NCBI GenBank assembly: GCA_021399395.1
Contig: JAAFKJ010000042.1
Span: 1 to 31,812, forward strand
Direction of reading: 5' to 3'
Source: Candidatus Heimdallarchaeota archaeon
Lineage (GTDB): Archaea; Asgardarchaeota; Heimdallarchaeia; Heimdallarchaeales; Heimdallarchaeaceae
DNA length: 31,812 nucleotides
In this document: positions 18,053-27,192 of the stretch, piece after piece
Position numbering within the stretch: position 1 is the first letter of the stretch
Layout: every line of letters starts with the position of its first letter
The notes under the pieces: model-generated
What the model was told of the DNA's origin: nothing
The model's input: the letters and a program-made list of their open reading frames with translations, nothing else
The model's database searches: none
Translations under genes and position numbers: made by a program

Positions 18053-19807
18053 CTAAAACAGATACTTTACTTTCCACTCTTTTTTAGGGAACATATAATT
18101 GAAAGTGAAAACAAGAAGAACTAAGCAGACAGCTTCACAAGTGAAAATTAACCAATATCCAACAACAGCTGAAAAAATAAACATAACCATCATTAAAGAT
18201 ATTAAAAGTATAATAAGAACATATTTAGAGAATTTATATTTTCCCTTGATTTCTTCAACAACATATTTGTGCCTGAACTTGCCAAATAACCGAACTTTGA
18301 GTAAAAGTCCAGCTACACCAATTATCGGGAAAACAAGTAAAAAGGATAATGTAAGATACAGTGTTCCAATGAAAATAGGTGATTTAATCATTACTAGAAG
18401 AGACAAAAGCATACCAATTACTATTGTTCCAAAGAAATATGGAATTTTAGATTTCATCTTGTCTCTTTCGTTGATTGGTAGAGCTGCCATGATTGTTTCT
18501 CCTCCTGTTTCTATAGTTGTTGTACTCACAATCATAGCCATTGTATTTGTCAATACATAAACCATCATGATAATGAAATATACAGTTACTGTCGTGTTTC
18601 CATAGATTACATGAAAGTCTTCAACATAGCCAGTAATTGCGGTATAAATTGGCATCATAATTGGTAATATGAGAACAACAATTTGTTGCATTTCTCTTGT
18701 GATAATAGAAAGATCACGTTTCATAAAAGCCCTAACTGGAGGAAGATTTTTAGTAACAATGTCTTCTACTATTGTTTTTCTTCTCATGATTTTCTTTCTT
18801 TTTATTTCAGGAGATGAAATGTTTCTTAAAATTGTAAGAGCTTTTCTAATTACTAAAAAAGTAATTAAACAATGGAATAAAAATCCAATAACAGAACCAA
18901 CTATTGTTAGTGGGGCTACACCATTAAAATCTAAAACAAATATCGATAGTAGATATCCACTTGAGAAAGGGTATGGAACAAACGAAAGTATGTTACTAAT
19001 CAAGGTTGAATCTTTAATAGATAAACCGTTCAAGCCATAAAAAGCATCTAGATTCTGTATACCAATATTAACTACTGAAAAAATAAACATTGATACAAAG
19101 AAATAAGCAAACATGGTTCCAATTCGAATAAAACTTGCTTTTTTTGATGCAAAATCATACTCTTCCATCACAATAGCTAGTTTTCGTGATAAGATGATCA
19201 ATATACCAATGTTAAAACATGTGTTAACCAAAGAAAGAACTATACTTAGTAGAATAATAGCAAGAATTTTCCAGATACTTATATAGGGACCAATCGTCAA
19301 GCTTATGGCTACAGTCATTCCAATCGGTAAGACAAGAGTCATGGCAATTAATTGAACATTGATACTTCTAACGAAAGTTAGTAAGCCTATTTTTTCGATT
19401 TCCTTTCTGCTGAAAGGGAGTGTGTGTATCCATTCATAAGGACCACCTGACATTATTCCCCAAGCTAACATTAGAGCAAATACAACCAGAATTACTAGTT
19501 GAATAAAGAAAAATGCACCATTAACAATACCACTAGCAAAATTAAGCCACTCAAATGAAGAACCTTCAGATAATTGCCTATACATTGAAAAAACTGATAA
19601 AATTGGGAGAAAAGTTAGTGAAGCGATATATATTGTTGCTAACAATTTATAGATTATATCTGGAGATCTTGCTATTCTATCTTTTTCGATTCTTTCCAGA
19701 TATCTCTGTTGATTACTTCCAGCAGATTGAAGTTGAGCGTGAAGTACCGCTTCTTTATAGACTCTTTTAGAAGCTTTGTATAATACTTTATTTCTCAAAA
19801 GAATCAC
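18053..19807 (-). CDS. Putative ABC exporter permease (multi-TM)
   Basis: About 14 TMs, LPFSR and LPINER motifs in the two halves. Start overlaps the ABC ATPase stop. Confidence 0.8.
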   Translation of the reverse strand: MILLRNKVLYKASKRVYKEAVLHAQLQSAGSNQQRYLERIEKDRIARSPDIIYKLLATIYIASLTFLPILSVFSMYRQLSEGSSFEWLNFASGIVNGAFFFIQLVILVVFALMLAWGIMSGGPYEWIHTLPFSRKEIEKIGLLTFVRSINVQLIAMTLVLPIGMTVAISLTIGPYISIWKILAIILLSIVLSLVNTCFNIGILIILSRKLAIVMEEYDFASKKASFIRIGTMFAYFFVSMFIFSVVNIGIQNLDAFYGLNGLSIKDSTLISNILSFVPYPFSSGYLLSIFVLDFNGVAPLTIVGSVIGFLFHCLITFLVIRKALTILRNISSPEIKRKKIMRRKTIVEDIVTKNLPPVRAFMKRDLSIITREMQQIVVLILPIMMPIYTAITGYVEDFHVIYGNTTVTVYFIIMMVYVLTNTMAMIVSTTTIETGGETIMAALPINERDKMKSKIPYFFGTIVIGMLLSLLVMIKSPIFIGTLYLTLSFLLVFPIIGVAGLLLKVRLFGKFRHKYVVEEIKGKYKFSKYVLIILLISLMMVMFIFSAVVGYWLIFTCEAVCLVLLVFTFNYMFPKKEWKVKYLF

Positions 19808-20625
19808 TTCTTTTTATCATTATGAAACATCTTCCTAAGATTTTGAATAATATGATTTACTGACTCATCTTGTTGAGTTAGTTTAAGAAAAATCGTTTCC
19901 AAATCAGCACCAGCCTTATCTGCCATCTTAGAGAGTTCTTCCACTGTACCTAAAGCAACAAGTTTTCCTCTATCAATGATAGCTATTCTATCACATATAT
20001 CCTCTGCAACTTCAAGAATGTGGGTAGAAAAAATTACTGACCCTCCTCTTTCACTATGAAGTTCTATGATCTCTTTTACGACTTTAGCAGATTTAGCATC
20101 TAAACCAGTTAGAGGTTCATCAAGGATTAGTAAATCAGGATCATGAATTAGAGACGCTATAACTTGCATCTTCTGTTTATTACCTCTAGACAAGGTAGCG
20201 ATCAGTTTCTCATAATATTCGACAGCTTCTAAACTTTCAAGATAATATCTTAGTTTCTCAGTTGTTTTAGCTTCATCGAGATCGCGTATTGAAGTTATGA
20301 AATCAAATAACATTTTTGGAGTCATTGATTTATAGATTAAGGGGTCTTCAGAAACATAACCTAGTTTCTTCTTAATTTCCACTTCATCTTTCTCGGGATG
20401 GAGACCAAAAACTTCTATTTCTCCTTGATCTAACTCTAACAATCCTAAAATCAGTTTCACAGTTGTAGTCTTCCCCGCCCCATTTGGACCCAAGAGTCCG
20501 AATACCTCTCCAGGTTTAACTTCAAAAGACAAATTATTTACAGCGACAACATCACCAAAGCTTTTGGTAATTTGCTGTACTTTAATCATGGGTTCTTTCC
20601 CAATACTCATTTCTTCATTCCTCAC
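19804..20625 (-). CDS. ABC transporter ATP-binding protein
   Basis: Walker A GPNGAGKTT, signature LSRGNKQK, Walker B LLILDEP, H-loop STH. True start may be ATG 20610. Confidence 0.95.
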   Translation of the reverse strand: MRNEEMSIGKEPMIKVQQITKSFGDVVAVNNLSFEVKPGEVFGLLGPNGAGKTTTVKLILGLLELDQGEIEVFGLHPEKDEVEIKKKLGYVSEDPLIYKSMTPKMLFDFITSIRDLDEAKTTEKLRYYLESLEAVEYYEKLIATLSRGNKQKMQVIASLIHDPDLLILDEPLTGLDAKSAKVVKEIIELHSERGGSVIFSTHILEVAEDICDRIAIIDRGKLVALGTVEELSKMADKAGADLETIFLKLTQQDESVNHIIQNLRKMFHNDKKK

Positions 20626-20698
20626 AAGATTAGAGTTTTACAATCTCTACGCAAATTTAAGCATATGCACTAATAAATATTGACAAATTAAATTAAAT

Positions 20699-22108
20699 CT
20701 AAATCAGCTTTAATAAAAGAGGGTTGCGTTTGATAGCTAACTCAATAGCTTTATCTACAAAACTTGAAGGAAACCCAGAATGTTCAAACAAATTACCAAA
20801 AAGCGGTTCCGCTTGCTCTTTTGAATAAAGGGAAAAGGAAGTTATGATATATGACATCGACACAAGTTTTCTTAATTCATTGAATATTTTTATTGCAGTT
20901 TTAGTAATATCCTCATTGACACTTTTCTCAAATAATCCGAAGAAATATTCACTCTGTTGCTGACCTTTAACAGTTCCTTCTAACAGATTAATTTTCATCA
21001 AATCTTTATATTCTGCTTTAGATAAATCCAGTTGATTAAATGTCCCAATATTCATTCCACATAGACTAGTATCTAATTCAGTTAGAGCGGAAATAGCATC
21101 CTCTTGAATAGTTATCCAGCTTTGTACCTTTACTGCAAGATGTTGATTAAACATCGAAAGAGTATCAATTGCAAGCTTTACAGTTAATTTGTCTCCTGCT
21201 AACAGTACTTTTCTTCCACTAATAACAGAGTATAGTACATCACTAATTTGTCTTGGAATAGCCGTGGAAAGGAATGCTAAAGAAAGTTCCTCAACATCTG
21301 TATGAGTAAAATGATTACCGGGATCTTCCATATTTTGGATAATGTCAAGAATATCTAACATCTCGAAATTATAATCTTGATCGGTCAAAATGCGGAGTTT
21401 TTCTTCAATCAATGGAAATAATCGAAAGACCGTATGGTCTAAATCGGGTTTGAATTTTAATATTCCTACATTTGTTCTCATTTCAGCTTTTTCTATTATA
21501 ACCAGTTCTGATGTTTTCTTCTGAGGTACAAATAGTAGCATTCCAGTTAGTTTCTTATCAAAATCATAAGTCAGTCTGTGCTGAATAATCATGTTTAGAG
21601 TTTCTATAGTTTCTTCTTTCTTACCAACAGATTCTATAATCTCTGTATCTGTTTCATCAAAGTGAATTAGACTAAAAACAAAAGGTTCAGATTCTCTTAG
21701 AGGATTCTTTGAGAAAAATAATGGTAAGTTGAAGATATTATGAAGAACATGTTCTAGAATTAGTTCAGCTTCACCTTCACTTATTAAAGTTTCATCTCTA
21801 CCTTCAAGCATAGGAGATGCACTAAGTTGTATCTGTTCTAATATTTGAGCGAGTTGACGGTCTGAGAAGAAAGTCTCTTCAACTTTAGTTTCCATGATGA
21901 ATATGAAATCGTGAACTTCAGCAAATGAGATGTTTTTATCATGATAGGATATAGATTGTAATTCTTGTCTATGAACTTCTTTTGCGAATGTAATAATTGC
22001 ACTGATAAGGCTTGTAGCCAATATCTGTTGAGTGTCATCTGCTGATTCTGGTTTTGAAGCTAACAATAATCCTGATGCCGTTACTAATGATAATTGTAAG
22101 CTTTGCAT
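20699..22108 (-). CDS. Longin + DENN-like protein (SMCR8/folliculin-like C-terminal core), paralogue B
   Basis: N-terminal longin pattern SLVTASGLLL...LATSLISAIITFAKEV and C-terminal VLYSVISGRKVLLAGDKLTVKLAIDTLSMF. Confidence 0.65.
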   Translation of the reverse strand: MQSLQLSLVTASGLLLASKPESADDTQQILATSLISAIITFAKEVHRQELQSISYHDKNISFAEVHDFIFIMETKVEETFFSDRQLAQILEQIQLSASPMLEGRDETLISEGEAELILEHVLHNIFNLPLFFSKNPLRESEPFVFSLIHFDETDTEIIESVGKKEETIETLNMIIQHRLTYDFDKKLTGMLLFVPQKKTSELVIIEKAEMRTNVGILKFKPDLDHTVFRLFPLIEEKLRILTDQDYNFEMLDILDIIQNMEDPGNHFTHTDVEELSLAFLSTAIPRQISDVLYSVISGRKVLLAGDKLTVKLAIDTLSMFNQHLAVKVQSWITIQEDAISALTELDTSLCGMNIGTFNQLDLSKAEYKDLMKINLLEGTVKGQQQSEYFFGLFEKSVNEDITKTAIKIFNELRKLVSMSYIITSFSLYSKEQAEPLFGNLFEHSGFPSSFVDKAIELAIKRNPLLLKLI

Positions 22109-22199
22109 AGTAATTTAATCTAAAACATCATTTAAGTAAATTTCTTTAGTGCTAACGCTGTGGGAAAAGTTTTTCTTCAGCCCATGTTAACTGAATTTA

Positions 22200-22955
22200 A
22201 TGAAAGATGACACTATTTTTCTTCAAGAGGCAGTTCATAAAGCTTGGGTAGCCAAAGACAATGTTCTCTATAAAGGATGGATTTTAAGATTATCTGAAGG
22301 GATTACAAAGAGAGCAAATAGTGTTCTTACACTTAGATATTTTGGTGATAATGTAGCAGCTGATATAGAAAATGTCGAGACAATCTATAGAAGCAGAGAT
22401 CTTCCTGTAATTTTTCAGATTGCAGATTATCATCAACCAGAAAATATTATGGGTATTCTAGAATCATTAGGCTATCATCCTTGTGATGAAACTATTGTTA
22501 TGAATAGAAATCTCAAAGAGTTTAAAATAACAAAATGGGATTCAAAAATATCTTATACTACTGAAGTTGGCGTTGCAGATTATTGGTTTGAAACTCTAGA
22601 AAGACTAAGTACTAGTTCTTCAACAAGAATACTTGGAATTAGAAGTATTGTTGACAGGTGTACATTTGGCAAAATCACTTGCTATGCTCAAGAAAACAAA
22701 GAGATTATAGGAACCGTGCTTGGGATAATAGAAGCTGATAATCTTGGTATCTACAACCTAATAGTGAATCCAGATAGAAGACGGGAAGGAATTGGAGAAA
22801 AAATCATGTTAAAAGTGATGAACTGGGCACAAGAAAATGGGATTAAATCAATCTATTTGGCAGTTGAAAAAAGTAATTTAGAAGCTTTAGCACTATATAG
22901 AAAACTAGGATTCGATAAGAAATACTGTTATAGATATTATGAGAAAGATGAATAA
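22200..22955 (+). CDS. GNAT family N-acetyltransferase
   Basis: GWILR...TKRANSV, LIVNPDRRREGIG (motif A), LAVEKSNLEALALYRKLGF (motif B). Confidence 0.92.
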   Translation: MKDDTIFLQEAVHKAWVAKDNVLYKGWILRLSEGITKRANSVLTLRYFGDNVAADIENVETIYRSRDLPVIFQIADYHQPENIMGILESLGYHPCDETIVMNRNLKEFKITKWDSKISYTTEVGVADYWFETLERLSTSSSTRILGIRSIVDRCTFGKITCYAQENKEIIGTVLGIIEADNLGIYNLIVNPDRRREGIGEKIMLKVMNWAQENGIKSIYLAVEKSNLEALALYRKLGFDKKYCYRYYEKDE

Positions 22956-22962
22956 AATAGGT

Positions 22963-24369
22963 CTAGAGTAAATAATCAAGTAACATATTCCTTTTTACTG
23001 TCATCTCAAGAGCTTTTCTAACGAAACTAGATGAATAACCTGATTTTGAACTCAATTCTTTCAATTTTATTCTCCCTTTGGTTTCATCAACTAAACTTAT
23101 TGATGTTAAATCAAGTGATAAAGAAACAATATTCTCTAACTCCAAAGCTATTTTTGTCACTAGTTCTGAAATTGAGAGTTTTTTGATGGTATCATACAGT
23201 TTTTTGAAATGACTACTTGATTTTAATCCGGTTGTTTTCCCCGAATTTAAATTGATACTTGTATCAGATTCAGTTAAAGTTTCATTATCGAATAAAATCT
23301 TGTATACCTTTGTAGACATCCCACATATACGGGCAGTCAAATCACATTTTCCATTTTGAGTTATTTCAGTTTCTGAAATCCATGGGTTAACAGATGTTTG
23401 CATGTGTTGATTAAATATTGAAAGTGTGTCAATGACAAGTTTTACAGTGGGTTTATCGCCTATTACAAAAATCGGCTCTCCAACAACTGCTGAATAAATA
23501 GCTTTATCCAGATTTCGACCAACTATTCTTTCCAAGAAAGACGGAGACAAATCTTCTAGGTTAATACTAGAGATTCTATTTCCAGGATCATCAATATCCA
23601 TTAGAGTGTTAATAATCTCTTCCATATTGTGATCACTTTCTTCTTCTGATAGAATGTGAAGCATTTGATCCATCATAGTAAATAATCTGAATAAAACCAA
23701 ATCTAATTCTCGAGGAGTTTTTAATATACCAATTTTGGAGGTTTGACCATCAGTATCTACAATTATGTAAACGGTACTATTATCTTCAGGAAGATGTGTT
23801 ATTATTCCTCTTAGAGCACCTTTACATTTCTCATTGGCTTTTAGAGTGTCTAACATAAGAGCTATCGTCGGTATAAAAGAGCCAGAACCAACTTTATCCT
23901 TAATTTCCCATCCTTTATCTGTATGCAAGAGAGTAAACTGAGCACGCTCTGCCTTGTGTAATGGTTGTTCTGATATAGAATAATGAAGTAGTTGAATATC
24001 TTGTAAACATTTATCTAAGATTATTTCTGCTTCCCCATCAGTTATTATATCGGGGTCAACTCCTTCTAAAATTGGTTCGGTACAAGACTTCAGCTGTTCT
24101 AGTAACTGTCCCAGTCTTTTCTCTGTTAGAGTTGAATCTTCATCTATTGTTTCAAGGATAAGAACGAAATCATGAACTCTAACAAAAGAGACCGTGCGAT
24201 CATGATAAGAGATTGATTGTAACTCTCTATGATGAACTTCTTTTGAGAATGAAATTAATGCTGTCATTAAGCCAGTAGCAAGAATTTGTCTAGTATCATC
24301 TACAACTTCTGGCTTTGAAGCGAGTAGAATACCTGTAGAGGTTACTAGTGATACCTTAATGTTAAGCAT
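22963..24369 (-). CDS. Longin + DENN-like protein (SMCR8/folliculin-like C-terminal core), paralogue A
   Basis: N-terminal SLVTSTGILL...LATGLMTALISFSKEV and C-terminal AIYSAVVGEPIFVIGDKPTVKLVIDTLSIF. Colinear with 20699..22108. Confidence 0.65.
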   Translation of the reverse strand: MLNIKVSLVTSTGILLASKPEVVDDTRQILATGLMTALISFSKEVHHRELQSISYHDRTVSFVRVHDFVLILETIDEDSTLTEKRLGQLLEQLKSCTEPILEGVDPDIITDGEAEIILDKCLQDIQLLHYSISEQPLHKAERAQFTLLHTDKGWEIKDKVGSGSFIPTIALMLDTLKANEKCKGALRGIITHLPEDNSTVYIIVDTDGQTSKIGILKTPRELDLVLFRLFTMMDQMLHILSEEESDHNMEEIINTLMDIDDPGNRISSINLEDLSPSFLERIVGRNLDKAIYSAVVGEPIFVIGDKPTVKLVIDTLSIFNQHMQTSVNPWISETEITQNGKCDLTARICGMSTKVYKILFDNETLTESDTSINLNSGKTTGLKSSSHFKKLYDTIKKLSISELVTKIALELENIVSLSLDLTSISLVDETKGRIKLKELSSKSGYSSSFVRKALEMTVKRNMLLDYLL

Positions 24370-24461
24370 TAATAGATTTTGTAAATTAGCTATATATTAA
24401 AATTTACTTTAAGCAGTACTTCAAAAAATAGATAGAAAATGATAAGATAGAATGATTTGAA

Positions 24462-25322
24462 CTACTTCATTCTTTTCTCGCGATTTCTCTTATCACGAAT
24501 CTCATCCATTATTTCAGGAGTTAGAGTAGTAACACCCATTTCCTCAGCTTGCTTAACAATCTGTGTCATAGCTTTCTTAAGAAAAACTCTTGGAATAGCA
24601 ACAATCTTTGCACAAGCTTCATCAGTCCAATGAACATCAGAATCAAGTCTATCGGCTTGATAACGAACAGTACCTAAATCTACGCCTTTGCCTTTTGGTA
24701 ATGCTTCTGAATATGGAGTTCTAGGTTCACTGAACCAGAAGTGTTTATTGTCTCGATAACCATAATCGATTGGTAAAGATGGAAATTTCCCGTTCCCTTC
24801 GACAAGAGCGTTATGCCATTTCTTCTTCATCAAAATTCGATCTATTCGTAAGAGAAAGTGACTCTCATCTTTTGTCCCATTATAGTGAAAAGATTCACCA
24901 TCATCCCAGGTACATTCAAATATCTGAACCGATTCTTGGACATACTTAGGTATTTTTCCATTGGTCATTTTGCCGTTTGACGGTTGCAAAGTAAAGATGC
25001 TATCATTAAGTTTTTCTTCCGATGTTTGACCTGGAAAACCTAATTTTACTGTATTCTTCAATATTTTCTTATCATAAGGTATGAAGTTCAAAGTAGCTTT
25101 TCTTGTTCGTAGAACATTCTGTGCAGTATTACTAGTGTTTCTTGAAATCAGCATCATTGCATGTTGATCTGCTATTCCAAATGGAAAAACTAAGGAGTAA
25201 GGTCCAATGTTAGTAACACCAGTTTCAGAGATTGTCGTTATTAAAACAACCGGCATAGGATAAAATGACGAGGTTTGATAAAAATTATCCAATATTCGTA
25301 CTTCTTCAAAGTCGTTTGTCAT
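24462..25322 (-). CDS. Flavin reductase-like (DIM6/NTAB split-barrel) protein fused to a C-terminal PCP_red-like domain
   Basis: PMPVVLITT...NIGPYS...SNTAQNV...ATLNF...FEC, then C-terminal WTDEA...IPRVF...AEEMGVTTLTPEIMDEIR. Confidence 0.78.
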   Translation of the reverse strand: MTNDFEEVRILDNFYQTSSFYPMPVVLITTISETGVTNIGPYSLVFPFGIADQHAMMLISRNTSNTAQNVLRTRKATLNFIPYDKKILKNTVKLGFPGQTSEEKLNDSIFTLQPSNGKMTNGKIPKYVQESVQIFECTWDDGESFHYNGTKDESHFLLRIDRILMKKKWHNALVEGNGKFPSLPIDYGYRDNKHFWFSEPRTPYSEALPKGKGVDLGTVRYQADRLDSDVHWTDEACAKIVAIPRVFLKKAMTQIVKQAEEMGVTTLTPEIMDEIRDKRNREKRMK

Positions 25323-25327
25323 TTAGT

Positions 25328-26161
25328 TCACCTCTTCTGTAATTGTTGGTATTGCATTTCGAACCAAGATTTCTTTCGTATCATCTTTCTGTACCATGCT
25401 GGCATTACCCACCCAAGGTACATTGTAACATAAGCTGTTGCATATGCGAGTGCCCTAAAAGCTGAAACTGTAATCATCAAAGCTGGAAGATTAGAAATAC
25501 TACTGTCAAAAGCTGAAAGCAACCCCGCCAGAAGATATAAAAACACTCCAATACCAATTGTTTGTAATCCTCTCTTTCTAATAGGTTGATCTGATTTTCT
25601 TGCAAGCCTTAAAGCTCTAATTCCTATTCTACTTGTAACAAAAATTGAGATTACTATTTGAGCTACAAGGATGGGCCAGGTATATGAAATTGTAAATACA
25701 TCATTAGTAATGTAGGTTGGTTCTGAAAACAATGAATTTGTATAGATATTATCATAAGCAATTACAGCAGTAATAAGACCATAAATTACCATTATTATAG
25801 CAAAAAGATAGGTTTTGACAATTTCATTATCTTTTAAAATATGTCTGCAGCCAAAGAAATAGAGAAATGCAAATGCAGGGAGGATAATCATGGGAGTTAA
25901 AGATCCCATCTGATAAATAGTATCTGTCATTACACCTTCATTGTAAATGAGCGAAATACGGTATGCAATGCTAAAAGCTGATGTTAAAGAAAATAGGAAG
26001 TAAGATGAAAGTAGCATGAATGTACCAACTGTTTTCTTGCGAAAGAAGTTGACTAAGAGCGTGATAACTAGTGCTAGACTGAAAGCCATGTTTATTACAG
26101 ATGAAACAATAATGAAAAATGAAGCAGGTTCTATTAATGAAAGATCAACCATCATCATCAC
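25328..26161 (-). CDS. Stand-alone seven-transmembrane protein
   Basis: Seven hydrophobic segments, basic TM5-TM6 loop (RALRLARKSDQPIRKRG), basic C-terminal tail. Start overlaps the GTPase stop. Confidence 0.8.
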   Translation of the reverse strand: MMMMVDLSLIEPASFFIIVSSVINMAFSLALVITLLVNFFRKKTVGTFMLLSSYFLFSLTSAFSIAYRISLIYNEGVMTDTIYQMGSLTPMIILPAFAFLYFFGCRHILKDNEIVKTYLFAIIMVIYGLITAVIAYDNIYTNSLFSEPTYITNDVFTISYTWPILVAQIVISIFVTSRIGIRALRLARKSDQPIRKRGLQTIGIGVFLYLLAGLLSAFDSSISNLPALMITVSAFRALAYATAYVTMYLGWVMPAWYRKMIRKKSWFEMQYQQLQKR

Positions 26162-26685
26162 CCGATAAACTCATCAACAAACCATTTGAAGGAATTGAAT
26201 ATTCCATCTCCTGTCTTTGCTGAAGTTTCAAAAACTGCCCATTTAAAAGGCAAATCCAGCAAATTGAATTCTTCAATAAAGAGTGATTTTTCTATTACGT
26301 TGGGTTCATCACTCTTATTGAGCAAAATCAGTATTATCAGATCTTGATCCAATTGTGCGTGAATGGTTTGTTCAAACACTTCCTTTGCTTCATCAAATCT
26401 CATAACATTAGATCGATCAATAACGAATACAATTCCATCAGATTTTTCGTTGATATTGTGCCACATGTTTCGAAAATCTTCTTGACCAGCTAAATCAAAA
26501 ACATTAACCTGCAAATTTGGTAGATGTAGAGTTTCTCTGTTAACACCCATAGTCGGTGTTGTATCAACAAATTCACCAGTTTCTAGAAATCTCAGTATTG
26601 TTGTTTTACCAGCATCATCAAGACCACAGATAGTTATATCTGCATGCTTTGTTCTGGTTCGGAATAGTCTTTGTAAGAATGACAT
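26158..26685 (-). CDS. Arf-family small GTPase
   Basis: G1 GLDDAGKTT, G2 PTMG, G3 DLAGQ followed by FRNMW, G4 NKSD, G5 TSAK, N-terminal amphipathic MSFLQRLF. ATG 26685 follows AGGTG (the ORF track uses GTG 26697). Confidence 0.93.
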   Translation of the reverse strand: MSFLQRLFRTRTKHADITICGLDDAGKTTILRFLETGEFVDTTPTMGVNRETLHLPNLQVNVFDLAGQEDFRNMWHNINEKSDGIVFVIDRSNVMRFDEAKEVFEQTIHAQLDQDLIILILLNKSDEPNVIEKSLFIEEFNLLDLPFKWAVFETSAKTGDGIFNSFKWFVDEFIG

Positions 26686-26697
26686 TTTATTCCACAC

Positions 26698-27192
26698 CTA
26701 GTCCCAAAGATCGTCAGATAACGCGTCTATAGCATTGCCATTTTTGTCATTCCCTTGTTTTGGAAAATCAAATTTTATGGTTGAAGTAGAAGTTATCTCG
26801 ATCTTGAATTGTCCTTTGTTAAAGCCTTTGTATAGTTTTGGTAGAATTTCTTCCAGAGTATGTGTTGCGAGTAAATCTTTCTTTTCAAGTTCTGCTACTA
26901 CCCATGAGAACACCTGTTTTATAGAGTTTGCATCATAGTTGCTGGTATTAAACACAGCGACTAATGAAGCAAGATTATCTCTGTTTTCTGCAGATGGTAT
27001 GCGAAAGATAAAACTTGTTAAATTCAGATTATTAAAGGTCGTTGAAGCAAAATCCCCAGGATTGGATCCCATAGGGATGGTTTTGTAAACAAGCTGATTC
27101 ATGGAATCAGACGGAATGACATCAGGGAAAGATTTGACTAACTCTAATCCCCGTGTGCCCATATTGACTAAACATAAACTTAATGGTTTCAT
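26698..27192 (-). CDS. Stand-alone uDENN/longin-like protein
   Basis: LCLVNMGTRGLELVKSFP...LVYKTIPMG...SFIFRIPSAENRDNLASLVAVF fits the uDENN pattern. Immediately upstream of the GTPase. Confidence 0.62.
   Translation of the reverse strand: MKPLSLCLVNMGTRGLELVKSFPDVIPSDSMNQLVYKTIPMGSNPGDFASTTFNNLNLTSFIFRIPSAENRDNLASLVAVFNTSNYDANSIKQVFSWVVAELEKKDLLATHTLEEILPKLYKGFNKGQFKIEITSTSTIKFDFPKQGNDKNGNAIDALSDDLWD

Noticed and set aside
22200-22955. GNAT as N-terminal acetylase of the Arf-like GTPase
   Set aside because: Opposite strand, resembles a widespread prokaryotic GNAT family, and only proximity supports the link.
25328-26161. Microbial rhodopsin or heliorhodopsin
   Set aside because: No retinal-binding Lys in TM7 and no DxxxK/SxxxK motif.
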